A stretch of DNA of 35,157 nucleotides from Catajapyx aquilonaris (Eukaryota): NCBI GenBank assembly GCA_000934665.2, contig JYFJ02004105.1, positions 1 through 35,157 of the forward strand. Direction: 5' to 3'. The position numbers and the translations under genes are program-made. How positions within the stretch are numbered: position 1 is the first letter of the stretch; every line of letters begins with the position of its first letter. Positions 23,999 through 35,157 of the stretch are shown in pieces. The notes beneath the pieces are model-generated. The model worked only from the letters and a program-made list of their open reading frames with translations, did no database searches and was not told the origin of the DNA.

Positions 23999-25966
23999 AC
24001 TAGTTCGACTAGTTCGAAGAGGACGCGCTCAGGGCCCAGCCCAGCAGTTCATTGGTTTACATAAGACACGATGTGCTTCTCTCTGGGCCTTGATCGCCGC
24101 CTGTGGTTCCGAAGTGCATAACTCCCCGTTTCCCTCCCAACGCTATACGAGGGGGAGTGACCAGTCCTGATATACCTCGTCCGTGCCCGGGGTCGTCACA
24201 GTGGCGCCCATCTGTAGTACCAATTTCCCATGAGAGCGAGTAGTGTGCGCCACCTGGTTGGGGCACCCAACTTTTGGCAACAGGTTCACTACTAGTGTAT
24301 TACATATTCCTCTTGCCTGAGATTTGGAGTCACATACCTACTTCCTAGCGAGTAATGCAAAACTCCTTTTTGAGTACAGCATATCCTTGGCTACTCGAAG
24401 GGACCACTTAGCTTGTTCCCAAAAGTCTGCATCAGAAGCAGCCAAATTCAATTCCCAACTTGTGGACTAATGCGGTGAAGACTCTGAGAGGGCCGCCATA
24501 AGGACTACTCCTTTTTTGTGCCTTTCCTGCCTGCTTCTTGGACCAAGATTTTGTTCTTTTTTTTTGCTGCTTCCGAGATGACTCCTTCACTTTCATCGTT
24601 AAGTCCAATTCCATCCGCACTTAGTTGGCCCTCTGTTTAGGCATGCGGAGGAAATGCCCCGCCTTTGAGTTCACCACTGGCAATTTGGGCTTGGATATAT
24701 AACGGCATAAAAGGCTATAAGACTACACGGGTGACGTCTTAAGCCAGCGAATCAAAGGCTGTTTTATTATGGGGCTTGATTATGGCGGTAATCGCTCATT
24801 AAATGTTTCTGCCGCGTCTTATTGCCCATTTTCCAAGTTCAGATTAGCTGGAGGCATTTTTAACAGGGCCTGTTATTGCTCCTTTTTTTTGTGACGCGCA
24901 CTTCATTCTGGCAACACAGGGGAGAATTAACTTCAAATGAGCTCCGGTTCAGGCCCTTTCATATAGAATCACATCCTCCAAGTGCCACCAGTTCAGATAC
25001 AATCAGTCCAGACTCACTAACTCACCCTGTACTTCTCTGAAAACTTATTAGTCACGCTTCCGGATTGCATGCAATGCAATGAGTCCATTATAATTTATCT
25101 TGTTATTTGTGAACACCCGATATCGTGGCCACCTTACACAAAGGCAATCTTCGCCCTTTTCTCCAACATTTTTTAGCCAGCTTATTTGTCAGCGAGACAT
25201 GTCCGGAAGAAACTCATATCTTAATCAGAATTTCTGACATCGGGGCCTCCCTAAGAAAAGTCTCTCCAGTGCCAAATGGGTTAATGTGCCGGTGACGAAT
25301 GCGTATGGACACATAAATTTAGGTTTCCCTGAATGGATCATCATGTAAAACGCGAAAGTTTTTCCCGGGTCCCCCAGTACTCGAAAGCGTGTCGCTATAA
25401 CTCACCAAATCTTTTCAACGGACCTAAACCTTCCTCGCCCCCCCCCCTCAAAATATGACTCCAGACCCACAAGGTCTGGTTTCAACATGCGATATTTCCT
25501 AGAGAGAGAAAAAAAGCTTTCCCACTAAGTTTTATTCATGTCCGCACAAGTTGTGAAGAACAACCGCTTGGGACATGCGGTGCAGAAATTTTTTAAAAAA
25601 ATGTCGAGTCAAAAAATGAAAAAAGAGAAATGAAAGGACTTCTCACTCGCTTTCTAGCTAGGTAATCAAAAAGTTTGCCTGCATACTGTATTAGTCTATA
25701 TCCTATATCCGGAGCTCATTTCCTGTTTCCTACTTCCGTGTTGAGAGCAAAACCCTGAATTATAGCTCTTGGCCCTAGCATAAATAATGCATGATGCGAT
25801 TTGTCCCGACCAAATGGCTTCGGCGAGCTTACCCAATTTTTCATTTCCGTCCCCCCAAAAAAGTGTGCAGAGAAACACATGGGTGAGGCATTTTGAAATT
25901 TTTCACTTCACACGCGTACCTCTTCACAGTTATTGGCATGTAGCTAATATGGACTAACCATTGCAC

Positions 25967-26125
25967 CAGGGGGGTGATCACTCGACTGAAAAGTGTACAC
26001 TGGAGTACCAAATTCAAGGAGTACCAAGGAGTAATAAAGCTGTAATAAAGAGTGAGGTACCTGAGGAGTACCAGGGAGTACCACTCTCAGGTGTACACCG
26101 GAGTACCGAAGTGATTACCCCCTTG
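25967..26125. mobile_element. hAT-type MITE with internal GGAGTACC repeats
   Basis: TIR CAGGGGGGTGATCACT / AGTGATTACCCCCTTG. 8-bp TSD CATTGCAC (25959-25966) / CACTGCAC (26126-26133). Five GGAGTACC motifs inside. Confidence 0.82.
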
Positions 26126-28875
26126 CACTGCACTATGGGCCAAGGAGACACCTGGTGTATGTAATAAAGGTCATCAAATAAATGTTTCCACTAACCAGTA
26201 GACCTATAACGAGGTATCCAATAATGAAGTTCACATTATAGGCTTTATCATTATGGAAACCTATAGTGTATTTATTATTCTCTTTCTTGTTGCAGTCGCT
26301 GCTTTCACAGTCCACGTTACAGTACGACACCATACTGCATTATTCATGCCCCAGAAATGACAGTTACACTCATAAAATAAAGGTGCAGCTGCATTAACGC
26401 AAATCAATAGAGAAAATTGGAGAATAATCACAAACTAAATTTAGTTCCCTTTGTATAAAACTCTAAATTTGGAATATGCTGAATTTCCTCGGGCCCTTTC
26501 CTAACTCTCCTGCCATATCCCATTGTTCAAAAATTCACATAGCCCATTCAGTATGCCAGCCCCCTTAAGCAGTCATCATGTCTATAATGTTCTCAGTTAA
26601 GTTGAATCTTGGCCGTGGCTAACTACTGAATCTAGTCAGCTGTGTGATATGTTGGCTACTAATTAAGTTTAGCAGACCGACACAAAATCCGCCCTAGAGA
26701 GCTTTAAAAATAATTAATAATAAATTTACAGTAATTTGTACTTCTTGATTGGCTGAACTTTTTTACTGGAATATAATATGTAAAAAAAATTAGCAGAGAC
26801 ATCCTGACGTCGTTCCTCATAATAGCTTGTATCTTACAAATATTTATACGCCTACACAAGCGTTCGACACTGCCTTGCCCTGTATAATATTAGAGCAGAT
26901 ACCACAAGCGCCAGCAAAAGCGCGTTTTCCTCTCGCTACCCCTACTTCTCCTCCTCCCTGCCTCCTTACCCCCCAGGGGAGCTCGTTAACGACGATAAGG
27001 CAGCCTTTTACCATCATCTAATCCACCATTTTGGTAGAAGTGATACCCGGGGCACTGACTTCAGCATAAAGCATGCTGAAATTCTGGGGAGATCGTGCAG
27101 ATAGGACCAGCTCCCCATCGATGCCCAAACACTGGAATTGGACGAGAGGGCTTTGGTCATTCGGATATTTAATAGGAGCAGGACCTTCCTTAATTGCCCC
27201 CCAGTTTTGATACAACACCTGGTTAATTAATTTAGCCAATTAGTAGCGTACAGTGCAGTATTTTTCCTGGATATAAATAGGAGGCTCATATATACACACA
27301 TTTCTGCGCAGCATATTGTACGTTTGGCGTCACTCGCATTTATTTGATTTTTTTAAGCAAACCAGAACTAATCCTAATGAAGTTCCATTAGGATAGCCAC
27401 CATTTGCATTAGAAGCGATTCAATCTGCCTTTTGCGAGTCAGAAGCGTATCTCGGAACCAATTTCATCGTGGCATAACGTAGTTCAGCTCCACTAGTGGA
27501 AAACCTATTGACAGGCATTCCCTTCAGTACCGCTCATTACAGGGTTTGGGGTGGGTGTTGCCTGTTCTAGCGTTGCCGCCGCTGCAGCCGCGTGATGGCA
27601 GCTAATGACGAGGCCTAATGTCGGCAAGCTCCTGTGCGGGCTAATGAGGCCGCAAACACCAGCCACTTGTTAAATGCTCCCTCGACACACTTGGGATTGC
27701 ATACTCCTCCACCTCGAGAAGACGACACCAAGGCTGTAATACCATCGGATCGTCGTGATTTCGGATACTCCTTGTAACGATCACCTATTAACAGAGTATT
27801 GTTCAACCCTGATTTTAATTAGTCCGAAGGTAATGTTTCCACTGGATTCAGGGACATTTCCGTCTCTCCTGGCACCATTGTTTACCGGTGTTTACGGCGT
27901 TTCCATGACAACCACCGACAGTAAATCCACCTGTCAAATATGGAGCAACTGTCTGATAATTACGTTATACTGTATATGTACCAAAAATACAACTCTCGGC
28001 CGGATGATAGCAACGCAATCAATACACGTCTGTCTCGAGCAGCCTTACCCCCCAAATCAGCTATCAACCTTCATATAACGACAGAGAGCTTTGAGGAATT
28101 CAATACCCAAAACCACTCTCAAGGGGCATGAGTTGGAGACAAGTAACAGATATCCTAACAAAGAAGAGGCCAGAGTGAAGTAACCGATAAGGCGAGGTGA
28201 GACGTGATCAACCTTCGCCACACATCCCGTCAAGAGTCAAATCTCCCTCTTGTTGGTAGTTGCCATGGCAATGATACCACAGCCAATATGAGAGTAGGCC
28301 ATTAGTAAGCTTAGGTCCTATACATAATGGCTGCTCAAATTGCGGAGTTGTAACCCTATAGGTCGAGTGTGAGTCAAGGTTGAACCCAAGGTCGAGTTGA
28401 ACCCGTGAACAGAAGGAAAAACAAGCGCGGGGAAATTTTTCATCACACTTCACTGTAGCCCTTTCTGTCAGTGGTATCATACAACGCAAAGCTATATCAA
28501 ACTATTATTAAATTAATTTGCACATGATTTTATATATTTGTATTATATAAGTACGTTGTTTATGATTTTAATTATTAAAATTGAATTTTCTTTTGTTATT
28601 ATTGCAAGCAGTGCTTATAGTAAAATCAAGAAAATTTCCACATTTAGTATAGGCTACCCTTACTGACCTATTGGCCCCGAAACAAAGCAAATCGCTGAAC
28701 AAAGACAGCAATAAACCACCTAAGACAGGAATAATATTGTCAACAAAATGAGACAAGCATATTCAATTCAATAATTGTGAAAATAAAACATTCGGCACCC
28801 GGTTATCCACGAATTATGCACGTTGTGATATCAAGTATCAACAACACCAATTAAAAATAAAATAGGGTAGTCATA

Positions 28876-29077
28876 CAGGTTGAGAATCCTTTATCCGAAA
28901 TGCTTGGTACCGGAAGTGTTTCGGATTTCGGATATTTTCCGGATTTTGGAATGTTTGTACAGTGCTGGACATAGACTGCTAATATGTGGAATTTTCCATT
29001 TGTTGCAAGTCATTTCAGCACTCAAAAAACTTTCAGATTTTGTTTTTTTCAATTCCCGATCAAGGATTCTCAACCTG
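28876..29077. mobile_element. pogo/Tigger-type MITE resembling Tigger4 (Zombi)/MER46
   Basis: TA|CAGGTTGAGAATCCTT ... AAGGATTCTCAACCTG|TA. Interior ATCCGAAATGCTTGGTACCGGAAGTGTTTCGGATTTCGGA and TGTGGAATTTTCCA...GCACTCAAAAAA follow the Tigger4 consensus as I recall it. The TIR and TSD are seen directly; the family name is from memory. Confidence 0.85.
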
Positions 29078-29318
29078 TAATAATACAGGACTGTACCACA
29101 ATTAAAATACGCCTTGGTGTTTTACTTTAAAAAATTATTGTTAATTTATATAATATTGTCAACCGTGGATAACCATGGGTCGACTCTAAAAGCCCTTGGG
29201 TGTTGCTTCTGTCATAGAAGGTTTATATGAACCAACTCTATTCGCATGAAATATTTGTGAAACTATCAGTGTCAACAATGCCGACAATGAAAAGCATTGA
29301 AAAGTGTGACGAGTAAAA

Positions 29319-29897
29319 GACTCATAATGAAGGGCTCAGGAGAAGAACATGTTAACAGTCAGTGGGATATATGCAAAAGTTTTTCGGCCTGAAGTTTTTT
29401 TTTCGCGGAAACAAATGAAGCAAAGGAGGTGTCCTCATGTGGGTAGATCTGGAGTACCTTCATGAGTATTCGTGAATAGTTTCCCGCCTGCAGAGAGCAC
29501 CAGTCGAGTCGCTAGCAGTCAATCAGCCTGTGAGCCCACTGCCGCACGCCCGAGACGTTCAATTCGTGCCAAAGCTACCTACCAAAAGTCTCGCAGGACA
29601 TTCTGGACTCCTCATAGGCTCATACGGTGACCCCGACTGATGACTGGTGACGAGTCGTGGGTCGTACATACACTGCGACAAAAATGAAAATTCAACAGGT
29701 CACCACAGGCTGACTGCCAGCGACTGACTCTCTCTGCAGGTGCGGAAAATTCACGACTGCTCATGACGGTACTCCCCACCAGAGGACACCTTCAGTGCTT
29801 AATTTGTTTCCGCGGAAACAATCAGGCCGGGAACTTCTCGCATTTCCCACTGGCGATTAACGCGTTTTTCTCCCGAGCCCTTCCATTGATGTGAGTT
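29319..29897. mobile_element. Long foldback element (~215-bp imperfect arms)
   Basis: AAGGGCTCAGGAGAA...CGCGGAAACAAAT...AGGTGTCCTC...GGAGTACC...CCTGCAGAGAG...TCAGCCTGTG is mirrored in reverse complement from 29704 to 29887. No clear TSD. Confidence 0.85.
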
Positions 29898-32441
29898 AAA
29901 TATGCTATCTGGAAATAAAGCACATAGACTACTCTCGTGAAAGTTAAGTAAGCTACCCATTCTGTACATAACTTTGTTATAATTGCAATTTTGCTTTGTT
30001 GGAAAACTTTCTAGTGTAGGATGTTAGAACACTTTTTTTACTTACAAGTATATTGACATCACAATTAATAGGTGCAGTATTTGTGTAATTATCCGCATTC
30101 CGAATCCTCAATAATTATCGCGACGTTGGGCAGGTTTTACTTTCTATACCTTCAATTCTGACAGAATCCTAATTAATATTGTCGTCAACTGAATTTAAGC
30201 TTCAGTCCAAAACATTTTAGCGCATTTCGGTCTTTGAATAAACCAAGGGATCGCCCTACCTGCTGAGGCAAATACGAGAGTTTCCCACTCTCCACCACGT
30301 ATGATCGCATTTTAAAAGTGAATATCGTTTGGCTGTGCAAAGATGCCTAATAATTTCACCCAAAAATCAACATGATGGGCGCATGTTTAGCTACCACTAC
30401 ACACAATTCCATGTCGATCCTGGATCGAAACATTTTTCCAGTTATAAGACTCAATTTTGTACGCCTGATGAGTATAGTCACTTGGTCACTCCTTAGGTTC
30501 TCAAAGATTTTCCGCGAGCTTCGAAACAGATGAACATCAATTATGCACCCTTGACGCACACTATAACAGATGAGTATATACAAACCCTGCGTTCTGTTCC
30601 ACAAGCAACACAGGGAGGGGCAAGCAACACAGGGAGGGGCAAACAACACCCTTCCTTTCTCTCCCTGAAACAAAAATGCAATCATGTCGATGGGCCTAAA
30701 GTGTACCGTTCAGTACAGTGTACCATGTTGGGAGGGGATGGACAGCGAACGAAGCGAACGATACCCTTAGGCCCTGTTTATACAGGACGTGAAGCTTGTA
30801 GGAACGCTGCCCAAGGCCAAGCCTAAAGGTGCTCACTAAAATATGGACGGACGCGACAGAAAATTGACAAGCTCTCTGACTGATTACAACCATTAGAGCT
30901 GCACTGCATATAGGCACGCAGAGTTTTGTTCTTCTATCCTGGGGATGAAAGGAGGGTGGAAAATGTCAAAAGGTGGACAAGACCGCACCTAAATGAGGAC
31001 TTAATGAGCAGCTGTGACGTCAACCAGGGGGGGTAGAATAAGTCCTTGTCCAATAATGAAATTCTGGGTTACTTCATTAGCACGCGCGTATGTTCAACAA
31101 TGAGCACAGGTAGCACTAAATGTTAATGCCAATTAGTCGTAGTTTTTCATCAATTGAAAATTATTCTATCGATATTTAATATAACTTCAGCTGGCCAAAT
31201 GTGTATTCGGACTAATGTCATAATATAAAAATAAGCACAGGAAAGCCCCAGTGCTGTATATGCCATGGGATGGCATAAACACTGACAAATCCGCTTGGTA
31301 CGGGTTCCGGGCCTAGGTAAATGCCCAGCAGGCATGTTCCACATTTGGTAGTTTTTATTCCCGAATTAACATTTGCAACCGTACATGGAGCATATATTTC
31401 TCTTTTATTCCTCCGCCGGACGTACACCACTTCCCACAGCTTGTTAGGTACCTGTAACAAACCATACGCTTTTCCTATTTGAACAATAGACTAATGAACT
31501 AACAAACTGGGATGAGCTCATTGTGCATTCGGGCCTGCAGTCATTTACTGGGGGAAGGTCAGTGCAAATTTGCAGCTCGCCTGGATGCACCTAGGGAAGG
31601 ACTTTAATCGTAACATCGGGGTGTATCGCTTTCCCTGTATCAATATATCAGCCAAAAACACGCCCTCCCTCGACTCGAATTTCACTCAGACAAACGCCAA
31701 TTGGCTCCCATTTTCATTCGGTGGTGCTGCCACCCTGTGAGGCGATAAGGACGCTTTTTATGTAAGACACTAAAATGATTTATCAGATCATTTTTTGATG
31801 CCCTTCCCCACCTACCAGCCTGCAGTTTTGATCTGGATTTTACACAGAGTCGTCAAAGTAATTGCCAGTTTTGATAGCTTGTGAGTGCTGGCGGGATTAT
31901 GTGACAAGAATCAAGCGGGGATGGTTCCACAATATTTTGAGGGCAGCATCGCTCTCCACTTTTGACCCGTTATGTATAATTAGTGAGAGGTGTCACCCCA
32001 ATCAAGGTGGGCACGCTTTGAAATGTGATTCACTCTATGAACCACTTCAAAAGGCAGGCTTATCCAATTTATCCAACGTGGACACCAATCGTGCAGCATT
32101 TGCATGCTTACAGAAGCAGCACACATCGCAATTAGAGGACATGCACCATCATTCTAAGGGACATTTACAAATAGTCTTGAATCCCCCCCCCCCCAGCCNT
32201 TTGGACCACTACCCTTTTTACTATCCTGGCCCAACCCCAGACGGCATAAAGCAGCCGTAAAAAGTAGTAACCCGAGCTCGTAATATTCCTTTTCTGATCC
32301 TCCAGAGGAGCGTCCATGGCTCCTGAAAAACCTCCTCTGTGTTACCGAGCAGGAAATTAAAATGGTTACGGAGAATAATAGGGTCCTGAAATGACACAAT
32401 ATTTAATTATTACCTAGGCTGTATAGGAGTTTGGTATGGCT

Positions 32442-32464
32442 GGGGATAGGGCAGAAAGAAGCGG
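32442..32464 (-). mobile_element. Short SINE S1 body fragment
   Basis: The reverse complement CCGCTTCTTTCTGCCCTATCCCC resembles CCGCTTCCTTCCTTCCCTATCCCC of the 5841 copy. Confidence 0.35.
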
Positions 32465-33283
32465 TGTCCAGGCCTTGGGTGTGTCCCAAGACCCCCATTT
32501 TAGTAGGCGGATAAAATTATGGGGTGGACTGGATAGTACAGGAAAAGTTTTGTGACCTATATGACCCCTAGAGAGCAGTACAATCCTGCATTTTTAAAAT
32601 TTGGGTCGTGTCCCCCAGAAGTGGTTATTTGTTGCAAAAGTTCAGACACAGCGCCAGTTCCTGCCATGGGAAAATTGCAGTTTACGTAAACAATGCGGAA
32701 TATGCATGGAGGTATCTGTTCAATAATTTCTCATCGCATTGTCGTGTTTTCATTATCATTCGTTCAGCATGCGGTTATATGAAAACGATGGGGTTGGGTG
32801 GCAGCGATATTAGTTGGTCCTCACGCTTGCTTCCACCCTAATGACATCAAACACCACACTGATGGTACACAGAGAGTTTCAATTTTGCAATAATAAACCC
32901 TCTATTGTGGCCTCCAGGTCACTCTTTTTTACCCCAGGATCCGAAAATTTTAAACAGTGGGAAGCTTCGCCCAAACACCACTTCCGCTGTGTAAACAGAC
33001 CTGTGCGGCGTATTCATTATTTTTTGTGCCTTCACAACTGTTCAAGTAAGAAAACCACTGAGGCTCTTCTGTCAACAATGTGGGCTCTTTTTTATGCCAG
33101 TTTAGCCAGAATAATGCTGTGTTAGCCTTTAAAAAAGAGTACATTAATGTTGGCTCAGAGGGTTAAATACCAAGTTTCATAATTATCTATTCAATGTTTC
33201 ACTATGAAGCAATTGAAGAGTGGAAATGCCAAAGGCTTTAAGTGCCAAAAATCTTGAAGGAAGATAATTCACTTTATTTCAAA

Positions 33284-33580
33284 CTAGTGCGGCACCCGGC
33301 ATTGCCCGGGAAGAAATGAATGAAGGGAAAACACCTGCCAGTAGCCCCGTCAACTATCTGTCTTTCTGTGTGTCCGGCCACTAATGCCATCTGTGGTCCT
33401 GCTACTCCAACACCTTCATCCTCTCCCTAACGGCAACCGACATTTGCCTGCCATCTGTAGTCAACCCCCAACACCTCCATCCTCTATCGGCCTGGGGGTG
33501 GAGCACAGATGGCAGGCAAATGACGGTTGGCAGGCGGACAGACAGACAGACAGACTCACAAACGGCTTTATTTATATAGA
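33284..33580 (-). mobile_element. Non-autonomous Helitron
   Basis: On the minus strand: starts TCTATATAAATAAAG, carries (CTGT)n near the 5' end, has the subterminal hairpin CCCGGGCAATGCCGGG (33295-33310) and ends CTAG followed by T. No TSD. The expected A before the 5' TC is missing, so the 5' end may instead lie in the adjacent (AGAT)n. Confidence 0.78.
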
Positions 33581-33586
33581 AGAAGC

Positions 33587-33587
<1 letters not shown>

Positions 33588-33667
<80 letters not shown>
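33588..33667. repeat. (AGAT)20 microsatellite
   Basis: Direct reading. Confidence 0.97.
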
Positions 33668-33694
33668 GATACGACCATGCGCACACTTTCAGTA

Positions 33695-33987
33695 CAGTGC
33701 TGGACATTACTTCCGTCATACTGCTAGCGACATTTTCCAATATGCGGCAGACGTGCAAATCGAATTGATAGAGTGCGAGCCGTGCGAGTAAGAAATGGAA
33801 GCCATTGGGTGACGTCAATGGCTGGGGACAAGCCTTTTCTCTATTGCCCCCCCCCCCCCAAGCCGGTGACGTAACTCAAAGCCTACCTCTTCTTAATGGC
33901 ACGGCTCACACTCTATCACTTTGATTTGCACTTCTGCCGCATCAGAAAATATCGCAAGCAGTATGGCGCGATTAATGTCCAACACTG
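33695..33987. mobile_element. Tc1/mariner-type MITE family E, copy 2
   Basis: TA|CAGTGCTGGACATTA ... TAATGTCCAACACTG|TA. Arms are complementary over more than 100 bp. Homologous to 17287-17532. Confidence 0.92.
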
Positions 33988-34587
33988 TATCACGAAAGAA
34001 TTTTTTAGCACATTGAGCCTGAGACATAGAGCATTTTGCAGAATCTCAATTTCTGGCACTTTAGAATTTTCACTCTTCCATTGTGTCATATGAGCCATCA
34101 TTATAATTCGTGTGGTTCGCTTGAAGGGTACATAACCCCTTATTCCTATAGTTGAAAGAGAATAATAGAAAACTCCAAAAGTTCTCTCTAACTCCAATTA
34201 CTGAGGGTGTGGACCAAGGAGAGAGACAGAAAGAGGGCGGAAGAAAAAGAAGTTATTCTCTAACAACCTGAGCTTGGAAAATCTGTCACGTTTCAGTGCC
34301 AAAGCAACTATAAACGAGATCTGGTGATGGAACAAGCGAACAATAATGAGTTCTTCTGCTTTCAGAAAGGAAGGAGATTTGGAGGCCGCCACCACTCAAA
34401 TCGAGACCTTGTTTTCAACACTTCCGCACTTTGATGGCCTCATTTGTTAGAGGCTTAGTTATTTATTTTTGCTACTATCCACATAGAATCAAATGGTTCG
34501 TCATTGGAAAATTCAAGATCCAATAAACTTAATAAAAATAATACATAAAATATGCACCTAGGTCATCAAATTATTCACCATATTTTT

Positions 34588-34922
34588 GGGTAGGTGTGGT
34601 GGTCTAGATGGTAAAGTCTTGGCTTGCTGAGTGAAAGGTCCCAGGTTCGGTCCCCGCCTAGGAGTTCCCTTTCACCTGCGTCTGGAGGGTCTCTGACCCG
34701 CACCTTTGCTCCTGGGGACTATGGCCCAAACTTGAGACATTCCACCTTCACCCGTGTCCCCTCCCAGAAAATCCCTATCCTTACCCAATCTCCTTGATTC
34801 CCTGCACCGGAGTGAAGTTAACTTAGAAAATTGAGGGAAAATGGTGGTGTACCACCCCCCTATAGAACCCGCAAGGGTCATCGCGGGGTATAATAAATAA
34901 TAAAAATAAAATAATGATAATA
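34588..34922 (+). mobile_element. Full-length tRNA-derived SINE (family S2: different head and body, same 3' tail as S1)
   Basis: A box TGGTCTAGATGG, B box GGTTCGGTCCC, and acceptor-like pairing TAGGTG/CGCCTA. Tail AAAATGGTGGTGTACCACCCCCC...CGGGGTAT with an A-rich end. TSD core ATTCACCAT at 34573-34581 and 34923-34931. Confidence 0.88.
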
Positions 34923-35157
34923 ATTCACCATTTTATGCAGTGGTTATTATTTATTAAAAATTTCGGCTAAACACCATCTAGAAATATACATGGTGATCAA
35001 ACTTTTTTGTCGTTTTAGTTATTGACAAATTCGGCATAAGCTGCTTGTATTGTAGCCCGTTACCTGGCAACCCCGTCCGGCGGGCCAATTCAAACATCAG
35101 CCCATGGAGAGCGCTTCCATTGTTGCCACTGTTTACAAATCGAGTGAGTGACGCGGA

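Larger units (their letters stand above)
23203..24201. mobile_element. Outer foldback arms (~140 bp each) enclosing element D and a SINE
   Basis: 23203-23345 is the near reverse complement of 24060-24201, e.g. GCGGCGATCAAGGCCCAGAGAGAA / TTCTCTCTGGGCCTTGATCGCCGC. Confidence 0.85.

Noticed and set aside
27940..28140. YPPN and EEFNTQN, reminiscent of the LINE endonuclease Y.PP and GDFNAH motifs
   Set aside because: Catalytic residues do not match and the frames differ; needs BLASTX or HMM support.
30465..30530. CTGATGAG ... CGAAAC hammerhead-like core
   Set aside because: No convincing stems I, II or III around the motifs.
30767..30825. TTAGGCCCTGTTTATAC, a Harbinger-like terminus
   Set aside because: No matching second TIR found.

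Overview
Eukaryotic, almost certainly animal and probably insect/arthropod, non-coding DNA (large intron or intergenic region). I find no credible protein-coding gene, rRNA, genuine tRNA or CRISPR array. The ORF track consists of chance ORFs and translations of repeats. The window is dense in small non-autonomous transposable elements. These are: four copies of one hAT-type MITE (8-bp TSDs) clustered at 13.1-16.9 kb; several Tc1/mariner-type MITE families (TA TSD), one resembling the mammalian Tigger4/MER46 consensus as I recall it; a piggyBac-like MITE; a second hAT MITE; a non-autonomous Helitron; four tRNA-derived SINE copies or fragments; long foldback elements; and micro/minisatellites. 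The most interesting observations are: (i) SINEs with different heads and bodies share a 3' tail whose hairpins are conserved in structure while the sequence varies; (ii) the Tigger4-like MITE is a horizontal-transfer candidate; (iii) a ~1 kb multi-tier palindrome has LTR-like TG...CA junctions and a PBS-like motif; (iv) a three-level nested MITE stack. All family names come from terminal/TSD signatures or recalled consensus sequences and need database confirmation.
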